Below are positions 48,922 to 64,000 of a stretch of 64,000 bases of DNA, one piece after another. The notes beneath the pieces were generated by a model. It was not told the origin of the DNA, ran no database searches, and saw nothing but the letters and a program-made list of their open reading frames with translations. The position numbers and the translations under genes were made by a program. Position 1 is the first letter of the stretch. Each line of letters begins with the position of its first letter. This DNA comes from the human T2T-CHM13v2.0 reference genome, Homo sapiens: the NCBI RefSeq assembly GCF_009914755.1, contig NC_060926.1; one strand, 5' to 3'.

Positions 48922-50347
48922 AAAGGATATTCATTGCAGCATTGTTTGTGATAGCAGTAGATTAGAAACACATGAAATGTCCAACATTAGGGAACTGGTT
49001 AAGTAAACACAGGATGTTCATACAATAAAATGTTAAAGCAGATGTTAAAAAGAAAAACACACAGATGATATATAGAGATATAGATGTAGATGTAAATATA
49101 GATTTGGAACTTTCTCTAAAATATGTGATTAAGTGAAGAAAATAAACAAGATGTAGAGCAATGTGTACCTTAGGCTACCATTTTATAAAAAATAAAACCT
49201 GAGTGTATGTGTAGAATAACTGTGGATGAAGACACAGGAAGCTTATAACATTAGCAGTATCTTGGGAGATAATCTAGGAAGTTGGAAAATAATTGTAGGA
49301 GGGAGACTGCAGACCTTTTTATGGCTTTTGAATTTTGGGCCTTATGCAGATAAGATAACCAAGACAATAAATTAAGTAATAATTGTAAAGAACAATGATG
49401 AAGTCAGTTGACAAGGGCACAGAAAAATAGAATACATTTTCTTTATTTTTCACTTTATTGGACCACAGTTTTAGAAAATCGCCAATCTGGCATTTTCATA
49501 AAAAGAATTAACAGGCTCAAACAAATCAATGTCCATTTAGCTTTTTCTCATTTGAGCTTGTCAGATTTTAGATGTGCAAATTTCCTGGGAACAGAAAAAA
49601 AGCATTTGCTTTGACTTGCTATCTTGAAATGGGTTGTTCCTTTTCAAAAGTTGATTTCATCTGACATTGTTAAACACTTGAATTGCTGTTAGGTCATCTG
49701 TAGCCTAATTAACACTAATTGATCACTTGAATGGCAGGATTATTAATGCAGTTTAATTACTCATTAGAACATCTGAGCTTGGCCAACACCGGAGTTTTGG
49801 GGTCTGGATGGAAGGTGGGTATCTGGTAGAAACAGAACCATCTCTGTTGAATTAAATGCCTTTTATCACTGTGTGCCCTGACTTTTGGCTCATCTCTCAG
49901 AATCTGGCTTTTGAAAGCTTTGGTTGGAAAAAAAAATGCAAGCCACGCACAACTTTAATCTGGTGGGAAAACAGAGGGTCACGTTGTAATTGTCGGTTGC
50001 TATTGTGGGGAATGTAATTGGTTTGATAATAAGAAAAAATGTTTTTCAGTGAAATGCCTAAGGGAGTATGTTGTTATTCTCCTCCCCAAATCTAAGGTGT
50101 AACCTCTGCTTTTTCAGTCTTGGTTCCACTTCTCTGAGCATAAACAAGTAGCTCTCAGCCCTTCCTCCACCCACACCTGGTTTGCCAATAAAATATATAT
50201 TTTTTTATTGTGTTGTTTTATACAAACGTTTAGATCTTTAAAAAATAAGTTCAAAAATTATTTTCAAATCTAAAGTCATACCTTTAATAACAAAGCAAGC
50301 CTTCTCTCACTGTTCTAACTTCCATGCTGATTTTTATCTGTTTGTAG

Positions 50348-50435
50348 TAAAAGCTGGAGGAATGAGAATTTCCAAAAAACAAGAAATTGGCACCTTGGAA
50401 AGACATACCAAAAAAACAGGATTCGAGAAAACAAG
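50348..50435 (+). CDS. DAPL1: DAPL1 coding exon 2 ([29 protein letters not shown])
   Basis: Acceptor tttgtag|, donor AAG|gtaggg; 88 nt, phase 1 in / phase 2 out; completes GHPPAVKAGGMR. Confidence 0.96.
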
Positions 50436-52618
50436 GTAGGGACTCTTAATTTTTCTCCATCACCTTGAGGAGTTTTGAGTGACTCTGCCTCCAGGAGTTA
50501 TTTTAGGACAAACCAAGGCTCCCTATGCCTTTGGAGGCAGCCAGAGAAGGGGGCAGGAGGGGGAGGGCGTGATCCGTGGTGACTTAGGGTGAGGGGTGGG
50601 GAAAGGTAGGTGGCTACCCTCTGGAGGGATTCCTCTGAGAGGGCTCCCATCACGACCCCCACCCATTCTCCTCCTGTCTGCATCCAGCCCAGCGGCCTTG
50701 CACTTAATAGGCACAGGCCTAAATGCATCCAAACCTGACACACATCCTTTTATCCTATTTTCAGATCAGCCTTTAAAATATTGTTCCTAGGCTGGCCCTG
50801 TTTTCATAATATGCTTTCTGCTGAAGTAAATGTCCTGAATTAAAAATAAATGTCTTTTTTGTTTTAAACCCATCACTGAATTATTTAGAAAGTAATGGCC
50901 ACTATATTTGGCATAGCCAGAAACACATAGGTACCGAGCAGCCTCCCCGCTGCTCCTTCCACCATAACATTGACGCCTGCCCTATTCTCAGAACTCAGCA
51001 GAGAGCTGTGGGCTGGATCAGGTAAGCAAATGGCCCAAACAGTCTAGGCCTTGGGTAAGGAAAACCAGAGCATTCCAAAAAACAAGAAACACGCAGAACT
51101 GTTTCTTTCTGAGGAGTGCTTCAGAGACTATTAATTTTGAAATGGTTTCCACAGATCAGTTGATGAGTAATTCAAAAGGATCTGAGTAGAGGATGCTCCA
51201 GGCACCTCCATAAGAGTTAAACCATATCAGAAAGAGAATGGAAATAGACTGTGGCACTTCTTTGACTCTTTTCTATAAAATTATTTTTAAATCACTTTTA
51301 AAGATTGCTTCCTAATTTCTGGGAAGACATTTTTTGAGGATTTGCCTCCCTCCACTTTAGAATGAAATACTGATTCGCTCCATTAGCAGCAAGTCATTTG
51401 TTATTTCTGATATCAGAAACTAACCATCACATGACAAAAGGGAAGCTGTGCGTCCTCAAGAGTGGAGGTCACACGTTATTTTTCTTCTGACCCAGCATCT
51501 AGGACAGTTCCTAGAATAGTGAATGCATTCTGTAAATGATATCAGACTGCGATTGAATTGCAAGCTGATTAACTTTGAGACCTATTCATTCTGTATCTAA
51601 AACCTGAGTCAAGCATGTGCCCTGCTTATTGTGACATTAGTTAACCTGCCTGAGCCAGTGGCTCAGGAACTAAAGTGTCTTATCTTGGAAATGACTTACT
51701 AGTGGACAGCCAAAGGACAGGTCATTCATTTCTCTGCATCTCAGAAAAATGGGACTTACTATTAATTCTAACATCCACTGAACAATGCAGGCAGGGGAGT
51801 TGGCTAGAGAGTAATAAGATGGTGATTGGAATCTTCTTTAAAAACTCAATTGTTTTCTAATAGTCGTTAAATGACAGGAATTGGACTTTTACAGAACTTA
51901 AACAGCAAAAGATAGCTCTTGCCCTAAGTACCAGGGACAGAAACAGGTTATGCGGAGCTTGAATCTTATGGACTTTCAGGGCCATTTTAAAAGAAAAATA
52001 ACCAAAAATGACCGATATGAAATGGGTAGGGCCCCTCCCAGGGCCTTGGGAGGAGCCACTGTGGCAGGAGACCCTAGGCTTAAATATCATTAGCTCCACA
52101 TATATCCCCCTCTGCTATTTACATCTCCTAGCAGGGCATGTGCACAGGATAGGAAAGCCTTGTTTTCATGGACAAACACTCCTTTGTATGTCATCTTAGA
52201 GAATAGCTTTTTAAAAATATGCTCTAGACCAGAATTTTCCAAACATCATCAATCCATGTCCACTTCCTAATAGCTTCTACAAACCAACACAAACCATCCA
52301 GAAAAAAAAAAATATGCCAAGTGCAGAGTTTCTTCAAGACATTGTACTGTAGATTTGGCCCTGATTGAAACTCTCCTACAAAATAACTTGGCCTGAGAGA
52401 AAGAAGCCAGATGCAAAAGAGTACAAGCTGTAGACGGTTCATTTTACGAAGCACAAAAGCAGTCAAAACTAGTCTTTGGGGCTATAAATGAGGATAGCAG
52501 TTATCCTTAGGGGCAGCTGGTTTGACTAGTGGTTTCAATTTTATTCAATCTATATGCTTATAGCATGTGCATGTTTCTGTATGTATATCATATTTCAATA
52601 AAAAGGTAAAAAAAAAAT

Positions 52619-52994
<376 letters not shown>

Positions 52995-53117
52995 CTAGAT
53001 GTTCCTAAGCAAAGTGAAAGCATAAAAGGCTGGAGAGACAGCCCTCTATAAATCATGTGGCCTTTTCAGTGGGAAAATTTTTTAAGTCCTGTTCAAAGTT
53101 TCTTTTCATCTTCACAG

Positions 53118-53178
53118 TGCCATTGCAAATGTTGCCAAAATACAGACACCGGATGCCCTGAATGACGCACTGGAGAAG
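53118..53178 (+). CDS. DAPL1: DAPL1 coding exon 3 (SAIANVAKIQTPDALNDALEK)
   Basis: Acceptor tcttcacag|, donor AAG|gtgagc; 61 nt, phase 2 in / phase 0 out. Confidence 0.95.
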
Positions 53179-53674
53179 GTGAGCCGTGGGCAAATCACAT
53201 AGCGCTCCAAGTCAATCTGCCCAGTGGATCCAGCTGCATGGGTGAATGAGCGGATGACCACTGAGGTTTTTTCCAACCCAGAGGTTTGAGGTCCTTGTGA
53301 AAGAATTTGTTCTCTGTCAGAGGAACACAAAGTGATTTGAGTGGGAAAAGCTGCTTCTCTCAAATTCCTAAAGTGTCCATTTAATAAATCATTTCAAAAA
53401 TAAGATAAGAAAGTGGGAATCATGATGGTGAGTTTGCAGAATGGTACTTTGCCATCCCAAATATTTCTTGGAAACATTGGCATGTTTTTATAAAAGGCAG
53501 CCTGTGGAGTGGGGCTTCAGTGGTTTTTGACCTTCCTCCCTGCCCCTGTGTTCCTATAAGGAGATATTGATTTGAGGAGAGGGTGGGTGGTAGAGGGTTG
53601 CATGGTCTAGGGTTGGAGGAAGGCTGGGTACCAGCTGGGTTTACCCAGTGAAGTCTGCTTATAAAGGTAGTTGA

Positions 53675-54008
<334 letters not shown>

Positions 54009-55141
54009 ATATGTCCTGAATTCCTTCTAGGTAGTTCTAGAAACTCAGAAAACTCTTACCAAGTAGACAGTGGTTTGGTTTTCCGGATTGAAAAGTTTGT
54101 TTTCAAATTTTGTAGGTGAGCTGAGTGAGGGCCCTTATTCTATGTCTAGTAGGCAGGTACATTACAGTCAAGGTAATATAGAGCCACTCTTTCTGCTACT
54201 GCCATGTTTATGGAAGGCGTTGGACAAAGTGTCCTCTGTAGAAGGAAGACTTGCTGTTGCAGCCAAAATCAGATGCCTGAGGACCACCAGCTCAGCCTTT
54301 GAAAAAGATTAGTGCAGCTGGCCTCCTGGAACCCCATTTGGCACTGGCTTCATCACCATCTATATGGCCTTGAGCAAGTTATTTATCCTGTGGTTCAGTT
54401 ACATGTGTGTATAATGGAGGTAAGGAAGAGTGCACAGCTTATAGGGTTGTTACGTGGAGACAATGAGCTCACATACATGAAGGTCTTGGAAGAGTCTCAG
54501 CACAGAGTAACCTCTTTGCACTCTGTCAGGGATCGTAGTATTGGTTTTTATGACAGTGAAATAAGACAGTATATCTAAAGTCCATGATGTTACAGGGTAG
54601 ATTGCACAAGGTAAGATCTTGATGATGAGCCATAGCTACAGAGCCTTCTCACATGGGAGCCTTGGTTCTCCACTCAGGTCGATTTAGGGTGAAGTCATAA
54701 GTGACTCTCTGCCTTCCTGGCTTCAGAGGCAGGGCTGGTGCATGACACCCTGTAACATAAGCTGCCTGCTCCCACATCTTATATTCTCTTGCTCCCGCCC
54801 ACTAAACACCACTTCCTTAGGGCAAGGGAATGCTCACAGTTGTAAGTGGATAGGATAGAATAGACATGTTCCCCTAAAATATTTGTTAACTCGAAATAAA
54901 GTATTGAAAAGGAATGGTCAATAAAGGTTGGTCATGCTGTGTATTAGGTATGATGCCAGAGTTTACGTTCTGTTCTTATAGACATGTGATATGCTTATGT
55001 CTTTGACATATCACCTCTTTATTTCAAAGGTAAAAAGAATAATCTCTTCCCTAAGTAACAATACTTAACAACAATAATCAGTTGTATTTGGAAACCATAA
55101 GAGAACATTGAGATGGTGTGCTGTTAGAAATATTTTTAACA

Positions 55142-55476
<335 letters not shown>

Positions 55477-58400
55477 TTAAAATATACCTTTGTGCTCAGC
55501 TCAGTGTTTAGTGGAGTAGGACTGTGGCTAAGATTGCACGGGTTACTGGTTAGGAGAGCAGGTCCTGGCATCAGCCATAGGCTGCCGGGTTCCTGTGTTG
55601 GCTGTGTCTCTTACTAGCTTTTTGTCCTGGGGCAGCTTTCTTCACTTTTTTGTGCTCCTCTTTCCTTATCTGTAAATGGGAGTGTGAGTACCAGTATCTA
55701 CTTCATAGGGACATGTTGAGAGTAAAATGAAGTTACATAATACATGCGCAGTGCTAGGATACTTAGCCCTCAGCAAGTGATATCTTCTGTTCCCAGGCCT
55801 GCATCCTGCCTTCACTTGGAATCCCAGGTAAAGCGTAAGGCACCAGCAACAAAAATAAGCTCCAAGATTACCATAAGGGACTATCTCAAAAACGAACATT
55901 GGTAGAATCCATGTGTTTCCATATAGCTAAGAAAAATCTCACCGAATCCATCATTCAACCTGAAACCTAGTAAGATTTCACAATAAAGGTCAACCTGGGG
56001 TTGACACCTGCTGACCACTAGATCTACCAAGATCAGCAGTTGTGTGGGACTGAGTAGGAGGATTGATTACAAATGACCAGAGGAAATTTGGGGGAATGAT
56101 GGGATGGTTACTCATCTTGATTGTGGTTGTAGTCACAAACTGTATGTACTTGTCAAGACTCATAAAGCAGCACATGAAAAAGGGTAAATTTTACTGTAGG
56201 TAAGTACTTTGATTTTTAAAACAGAATAGCCATGCTGCATAAACTATACAGGGTGATTCAAAAAATATATGAATCGATATATAAAAGATACAGACATACA
56301 GGTATCTTTTAATACATTTTTCCTGCACTACAATGATTCTCCTCACGGTATGTATTGCCACAGAGACCTAACAATATACAGCTGGTCAGAATAAATGCAG
56401 TGGCAGAATTGAGAGTCACATCCTCTGCATTTATTAACATGCATTCATGCCCTCAGTTACACTCATGTCTAGTCCCAAGAACCCATGTTATTTCTCATAC
56501 TTATTTTAAGAAATTAAGTCTCTAAAGAAACTCCTCTCCATAGGAACTCATCAACCATTCAACCATGGCAGGAAAATTCTCTCTGTATGCTACTCATCTC
56601 TGAATTCCTACTTCAAAATCAACATGGGGTTTAAGATTTTGGAGATTGAAAAATAGTCCCCGAAGGGCTGGAATTGTGTAAATCAAAGTGGGAAGCAGCC
56701 TAGAATCTACCCCCACAGTATTTCCCCACCTCTCCCCTCCACACAGCCTGCTTTCTCCCACCCTACCTCATTTCTGCTTTCCTCCTCACTCTCCAGCCAG
56801 CCTTCCCCACCTCTTGAAGCCCTCAATAAGAGAATTCATGTTGCCCAGTGGCAGAACACATGACATGGTATTCCTGCAGAAAACAGGCTGTATAGCCCAA
56901 AAGCTCTTTAGGCTAGAAATCTGGGAGACCTGGTCTTAGATCAAGTTCCACCCACTACTTAGAAGTTATTTGACCTTTTAGATGTCACGTAACTCCTCTG
57001 GGATTTGTGCTCGTTCATTTACTTTTAAAAAATTATTTTAAGGCAGGGAGTGAACAAGAATGATACTGCCAAATATATTAATCCTCTGGACAGTCATGGC
57101 AATAAATTTGGCAATAGTTGTGAAACTTCTCAGAACATAAAAGTATCCAGTTAAAACATCCATAATGGGGTTGCGTTATGGTGTGGAGGGGGAAATGCTG
57201 AAGCCTGGTTAAAGTTGGGGCTACTTTTCTCAAGCTGCCAGACTTTGGGTCACCACTGCCAAAGCCAGTGAGATGTATGTGAAATGGGATCCTGGGGGAG
57301 AGAAAACTATAAAAGGCATCGCAAATTTTAAAAGGCTTCTCTTGTTCTGTAGATTAATATCACTGTAGGAGTATCCTTGAATTTCATTGACGAGAGCTGA
57401 ATGTTTTGTTTTAAGCAGTTTGCTTAACAGGGTGTGGAAATTTAAGTGCCAATATTCGAGTTGGAAGTTAACACCCTGGAAAGATGAATGAAAGTGCTGC
57501 CAGTCTGCTAATACTACCCAACTTCAGGCTCTAAAACAAAACCTGCAGCTGATTTTCTTGCGTCTAGAATTTCAGGGCTCTCTAGTCATAAAGACCTCTA
57601 TCACACTTCTTTTGCTTTTTCTCTGAAATGAAAAATATAGGTTCTGAGGTCGCAGCTACCCAAGATGAAGGTAAATTCTCAATGTGGAAGTTTCTATTGA
57701 TCCACTTTCTAAGTTCAATATGTTGCCCCTGTAATGGAGCCACAGCAAGGCAGGATCCTTGTACATATACTGGCTTTGAATTCTTTCTCTCGTGGGGTTA
57801 CCCTAGATTCTCTTACCCTAATGAATGAGACAAGAAACACCTTTTATTCTACAAATACTATCATTTTACAAAGACTAATGATGAAAATTCCACAGCTTCC
57901 CCGAAGTTAAAATGTCAGACTAAAACACAGCTGGCTGTAGCTTATACTCTGGAAAGCTGTTTCTACTTATTTGTAGTTTAGAGTTGAAAATAAACTTTTC
58001 CTATCTCCATTGATATAAAATCTACCACAAAGAATTAGTACATTTAGGAGCTGACCATTTTACCGACAGTTTCATCAATTCTGATGAAGATCCTTTATAG
58101 ACTCTCCACCCATAGCCCCAAGTCCTACATCAGGATGCCCCTGACTGAGGCAGGTAGGGAGATGAGAAGGAGAACTTGACTTTCCTGTTATCATATTTTC
58201 AAGTTGCTATGAAACCCTGCTCTGGGCACCCCAAAAGCTGTACACTTGTAGCTTAACAATTATGGGCAGTTTCTCTATTATCTTTGCCAGAATTATTCCT
58301 ACTTTTTTCTCAATCCTGTTGCTTTTCTTTTCTTCTCTAAAACTTTCCAGATCAGTTCAGATGGCCATTGGGCCACAGGGGCTGACTTTGTTTCCCAAAT

Positions 58401-58489
58401 ATTCTGATCTGTGGCATTCCTCTTCTGAGAAGTAGTTGAGCAGTGCTTTTAGAACTTCGGTTGAATGCCTCAGTTAAAATGTAACCCTT

Positions 58490-59505
58490 AACACTTCTGT
58501 ATTGCTGGTGGGAATGTAAAATGATCCAGCTGCTGTGGAAAACAATACAGTGGTTCCTCAAAAAATAAATATAGAATTGCCATATCAGGCTGGACGCAGT
58601 GGCTCATAACTCGAATCCTAGCACTTTGGGAGGCCAAGGCAGGAGAATTGCTTGAGCTCAGGAGTTCGAGACCAGCCTGGGCAACATAGAAAGACCTTGT
58701 GTCTACTAAAAATATAAAAAATTAGACCAGCATGGTGGCACATGCCTGAGGTCCCAGTTACTCAGGAGGCTGAGGCAAGAGGACCACTTGAGCCCGGGAG
58801 TTCAATGTTGCAGGGAGCAGAGATCACACCCCTACACTCCAGTCTGGGTGACAGAGCAAAACCTCAACTCAAAAAAAAAAAAAAAGCAAAGAGAAAGAGA
58901 GAGAATTGCTGTATGATCCAGCAATTCCACTTCTTCCAATATAATCTTCCCATATATTGGAAGAATTGAAAGTAGGGACTCAGAACAGATATTTGTACAC
59001 CAATATTCATAGCTGCATCATTCACAATAGCCAAAAGATGAAGAGATCCTAACCAAGTATTCATCAATGGATGAATGGATAGAAAAAACGTGGTATATAT
59101 ATATATACAATGGAATATTATTTAACCTTACAAAAGAAGGAAATCTCAACACATACAGTAACATGGATGGACCTTGAAGACATTATGCTAAGTGAAATAA
59201 GCCAGACACAAAAGGACAAATATTGAATGATTCTACCTATGGGAGGTACCCAAAGTAGTCAGATTCATAGTTATAGAAAGTAGAATGGTGGTTGCCAGGG
59301 GCTTGGAGGAGGAGGGAATGGAGAATTACTGTTTAATTGGTACCGAGTCTCAGTTTAGGATGGTGAAAAAGTTCTGGAGGTGGATGGTGTTGATAGCTGT
59401 GCAATAATGTGAATGTATTTAGCACCACTGGACTAACTGTACACACACTTTAAAATGGTTAAAATGGCAAGTTTTATGTTTTGTATATCTTAGCACAATT
59501 TTTTT
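58490..59505 (+). mobile_element. Old L1 (L1MA/MB-like) 3' end interrupted by an AluJ (58588-58885)
   Basis: ttgctggtgggaatgtaaaatg...gacattatgctaagtgaaataagccagacaca...ttaaaatggttaaaatgg; AGAATTGC repeated around the Alu. Confidence 0.8.
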
Positions 59506-59613
59506 ATATGCCCAAACGATGTAGCCTCTAAATTGTGGAGATCACCCTGGAGGTGATCAAATAACAAATTAGTGCCCAACTAAGCAGCAAATATCTTCTA
59601 TCACTTATTCTAA

Positions 59614-59932
<319 letters not shown>

Positions 59933-61782
59933 TCCTTTCCTTTTTCTTTTCCTACCTCCACCCATCATCTCTTTCACACTTAAGAACAACAATCAACATG
60001 TGGCTTTCTTTGTTTCAGTCCCAACTTGTCCTCTTACCCTCCCTTACCTTGGCTAATTGCCCAAATTTCTGTTATATCAGAGTTTTTTTGTTTGTTTGCC
60101 TTCTCACCCACTTTTACCTTAACTGACTTGTCACATTTTTCTTCCTACCTGCAATCTCTCAAATATGATTTAAAGCTAACCTGAAATAATTCATCTATTT
60201 TAGTTAAGACTAAAGACACACAGTCTGGAAGTAAACTACTGAAGTCAGTGACCTCTTAAATTTCCTTCTGGATCTAATGTTGAAAGAAAACCAAAGCAAA
60301 ACAAAACATTCTGCCCTTAACACATTGTAAAATGCATGTCATATGGTCTGATGATAACTGACCTGACAAAAAAAAAAGTCATCAGGTCTTTTTTAGACTC
60401 TAATGCAACATTTATGATCAATATCTCAATTGTGTTTTGTTTCCATTCTGCTAGAATGTTGGCAGAGATAATCCTTGGGCTTAATTTTTGTATAACTTGT
60501 ACCTGCTCATTGTAAAAGAAAAAAAATTTAGTACTGATAAATAAAGTGAAGAAAAAGAGAGGCATTGCCCATAATTCTATCCCCCAGAGGTAACCATTGC
60601 TAACACTTCAGTGTATTTTCTTCCAGTGTGTTTAATTTTTTAAAACCAAGAAGAAAGGACTTTTTGGAGTCACATTTCGTATGAAAGGGACTGCTGAGTG
60701 CCTAGGGCCTGGGCAGAGACATTTGAGAAGAGATGTAAGGCACATATGTTTTCCCTGGCTTAGAAGAGCCCAAACAAACCATGAACAGTATGATGGCTAG
60801 GGTCATGAACAGTTTATCTCCCCTTTTATTTAATTTGAGTGCCAAGGCAAGGGCATCTAAGTTCAATAGTGATAAGTTAAATTCCTACTGAGCTGAGGCA
60901 TTCCTTCCTTGCTGGCCAAGGGAGGTTTCTTTAGGTACTTTTACATATTGATGGGCTTGGAAACCAAGAACTAGCATGGACCCAAAAGGTCACTGTGTCC
61001 AAATTCTCCTCCTAGGAAAACCATGTCTGAAGTGGTCAGCAGCATTGGGCATGCTTTCTATCTTAAGCTATCATTAATGTAAATTCCACAAGGTCTCTGG
61101 GTTGCATATGAAATGTCTCTTATTGTCAGAAAGTCTCAGCCTGTGTTAATAAGCCTATTTAAGCTTATTTACTCATAGATGTCTTCTGTGGAGAAGACTA
61201 ATCAGAACTTTTGTTCCCTGAGGCTAGTAGGCCATCCCTCAGCCTTCTCTTCACTGGGCTATTTAGATTGAACCATATGGAATGGCCAATATCACATCAT
61301 TTTTGACCTTAAAAAATAGCAAATGTACACACTTAGACCTAATAAATAACCCTAACTCTTCTTAACTTCTTTCAGAGGTTCTTTCTTTCTTTTGACAATT
61401 GAGGAGTTTTTCGTCCCCACTCTGGACCTTCTCCAATGTCCCTGTAGCCTTCTTAGAATTCAGTGATTCATAGATGCATACTAGTGCCAGAATAATTGCT
61501 AACAACACAGAGAACTGATGCAGACATAATTAACCATTCCTACTTTTTAAAATGTCAATTGGAATTTTTTAAAATTAAGGACAGTAAATGAGAGAAGACC
61601 CAGGTTAAAACATACTCCCATGGGTTTAGGGCTAGAAATAGTATGGAAAAAAAGAGATATTATCAAATAAATAAACAAAATTGTGAGATTCCCTTGATCA
61701 ACGATATCACTTTCTACTAGTTTAATATTTCATAACCAAGAAGATCCAATATGCCTATTTTTTCTTCCCTTCTCACCTTTAG

Positions 61783-61899
61783 CTCAACTATAAATTTCCA
61801 GCAACAGTGCACATGGCACATCAAAAACCCACACCTGCTCTGGAAAAGGTTGTTCCACTGAAAAGGATCTACATTATTCAGCAGCCTCGAAAATGTTAA
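61783..61899 (+). CDS. DAPL1: DAPL1 coding exon 4 ([38 protein letters not shown])
   Basis: Polypyrimidine tract plus ctttag| acceptor; DAP-family H.KP.P and IQQPR motifs; TAA at 61897-61899; the four exons sum to 324 nt. Confidence 0.96.
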   Translation, partial: LNYKFPATVHMAHQKPTPALEKVVPLKRIYIIQQPRKC

Positions 61900-62040
61900 G
61901 CCTGGATTTAAAACACAGCCGTCTGGCCAGCTGCCTCGAATATCTGACAGCTTAGCAAAAAGGGCCAAAGCTTTCCATAGGCGTGCTGCACTTGCTTGGT
62001 AAATTAAACAGCTTTTGTATCTTCCCCTTTGACTTTAGGT

Positions 62041-62046
62041 AATAAA
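62041..62046 (+). terminator. DAPL1: DAPL1 polyadenylation signal
   Basis: AATAAA 142 nt after the stop codon, with U/GU-rich sequence downstream (ctctttttggt); a weaker ATTAAA at 62003. Confidence 0.8.
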
Positions 62047-62638
62047 GCATCCAAACTTGTAAATCTGACACATCCCTGTGCCTCTTTTTGGTCCAGGTCA
62101 GAATCCCATTGATGTTTGCATATGTAATTCTGTAGATTAAGTGAAGCATCCAGAATACCTGACTGTTCCATCCACCTCCCTACATAAGCACTCTTCTTGA
62201 CGCTGACCCTGAATTGTTCTACCCTCATTGAGTTCTCCTTGAAGGCAGAGGTTGGAGAGGAGTAGACTGGGCTTGGCAAAGGCCAATATCCAATGCAAAC
62301 ATAAGGAGTGACTCTTCTCAGTTTGTTTGTCTAAGGATGTTCAAGTTTTCACTTGAGGCGAAATGTCTTTTCCAGTTTCCCACATAAGTACATAGTTTGT
62401 TTTCAAGGCTCAGTGTGGGAAAATGAAAAATTAAATTGATTACAAACATATTATTTTCTGCCAAGCAATCAAGGACAGAAGGTAGAATTATAGCTTCAGT
62501 GGGAGAGTTGCTCAGGGCCTTCCAGAAAGCTCCAGAACAGGGCATTGTCGTTGGGCTACAGAAGTTATTTTCACTGGAGATGGTGTGGGAGAGAGAGTAT
62601 TGCCATAACTAAGCATGCACTAGCTCTTCTCCCCTCTA

Positions 62639-62639
<1 letters not shown>

Positions 62640-62676
<37 letters not shown>
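62640..62676. repeat. (CA)n microsatellite
   Basis: About 18 perfect CA units. Confidence 0.95.
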
Positions 62677-62678
<2 letters not shown>

Positions 62679-64000
62679 CATGAATTCACATGTAAACAGT
62701 CAAGGGCATTCTCAGGTGACAGCTGGGGACAGCCATATCATTTCCTCACAGAAGTTGGCTGTCACTCACTGCTTCACCATTCTGCACCTCCAGTTGAGAA
62801 TGCTATTGGACTACCAGCCCTTCTCTTTACCCAGGGAAAGGGGCCAGCACTTCAGTCCTTCATTGAACAGGTTGACAACTCTTGGAGTATGACCTGGTGC
62901 TGAGCCTGTCTCTGATTCTTGGAAACAAGAGGCACTTGGCTAATGCCCACTTGGATGTGGGGATGCATCCACCTCCTCCCCTCTATTTTTTGGCTCTTGT
63001 TCAGGAATAAGAGAATTGCTAGAGACAATATCAGACCTTCAGGCAATGCCAGCATGAATCAGTAAGACAGTTATTACCACCTCATTTTGGCTTAGCTCAG
63101 TTTCCTGTCCTCTGGGACTGCTGTCAGATATATCCCAGGAAGATAACTGTTGCAAGGAAAATGGACAGAAGTTCAAGGTCAGCCACCATTTTCCAAGGCG
63201 ACAGTAACACAGACCAGATGGTGGGTACAGGTTGGAACATTGGACAAATGTTCAGGAGACGGAGATTCTACTACTGACCCTTACTAGTTCTGCAACCTTA
63301 AGCGAGCCACTTAACCTTTCCAATCCTTGCCAAATGGGCACAATAACACCTGACTCCCCAACTGAACCCTTTCAGTGTTGCATACTGCAAAGAGGATAAA
63401 ATGACTACTGAGATTGGTAAAAGCTAATTAAAGAGTAGTGTGAGAGCAAGATGGTGCCAGGATGCCTATCCTAGAAGCTGCCAGAACTAGAGTAATAGTA
63501 GAACTCTATTAAGTTGAGACTAGAACAGGAAATTCAGAGAAAAGGTGGAGATTTGGGGCTAGATGGAGGCAGGAAGGAAACACGAGGAGGGGGTGATAAG
63601 AGAACTGAGAAACACAGATGATGGCACTGCTAGATTTGCCTTTCTTTAGGGTGATATGAGGGCCAGCCACCCAAAGGAAGTGAGAAGGGAGGAAGGGTAC
63701 CATTTTCTCTGTCTGGAGATGAGGGTTGTACTGTGGGGGAAGGGAGGCTGCTCGAAGGGAGCCTATGCAGTGAGGACCCACGCATTAACTTGAGTCTACA
63801 ATTACAGTCATTTAAATCACCAAGTCACAGGGAGTCAGACGTTTGGTATGAGCTTCAGATCTGAAAGGAAATTGGAATTCCCTTGGCTAATGTAACAGCA
63901 GAAGAAGGTCCAGGAGAGAATTCTGTGGTGATGTGGAGGCATGTGCAAGAGGCCACAAGAGCTGCCCACTGTCCCTCCTGAGGAAGAGATCCCGGCATGG

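Noticed and set aside
51073-51089. 17-bp match (TTCCAAAAAACAAGAAA) to exon 2
   Set aside because: A-rich and low complexity, no extension or splice signals; not a duplicated exon

Overview
This is human (primate) genomic DNA, dense in repeats. It holds one host protein-coding gene, DAPL1 (death-associated protein-like 1), on the + strand. Four coding exons (35361-35418, 50348-50435, 53118-53178, 61783-61899) join to 324 nt / 107 aa, with a TATA box at 35276 and AATAAA at 62041. Intron 1 carries a full-length (~6.06 kb) antisense L1HS of the Ta-1nd subfamily with intact ORF1, ORF2 and ORF0 and a 15-bp target-site duplication (TSD); it is probably a polymorphic, non-reference insertion. The main observation is that the L1 antisense promoter points into DAPL1 and both ORF0 splice donors are in phase with DAPL1 exons. 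SD1 to exon 2 predicts a 123-aa ORF0-DAPL1 fusion and SD2 to exon 3 a 122-aa fusion, both keeping the conserved C-terminal IQQPR motif. These fusions are predictions from frame arithmetic; nothing here shows they are expressed. The rest is intergenic/intronic sequence with Alus, older L1s, LTRs, DNA transposons and microsatellites. Repeat subfamily names were assigned by eye and need RepeatMasker/Dfam confirmation.
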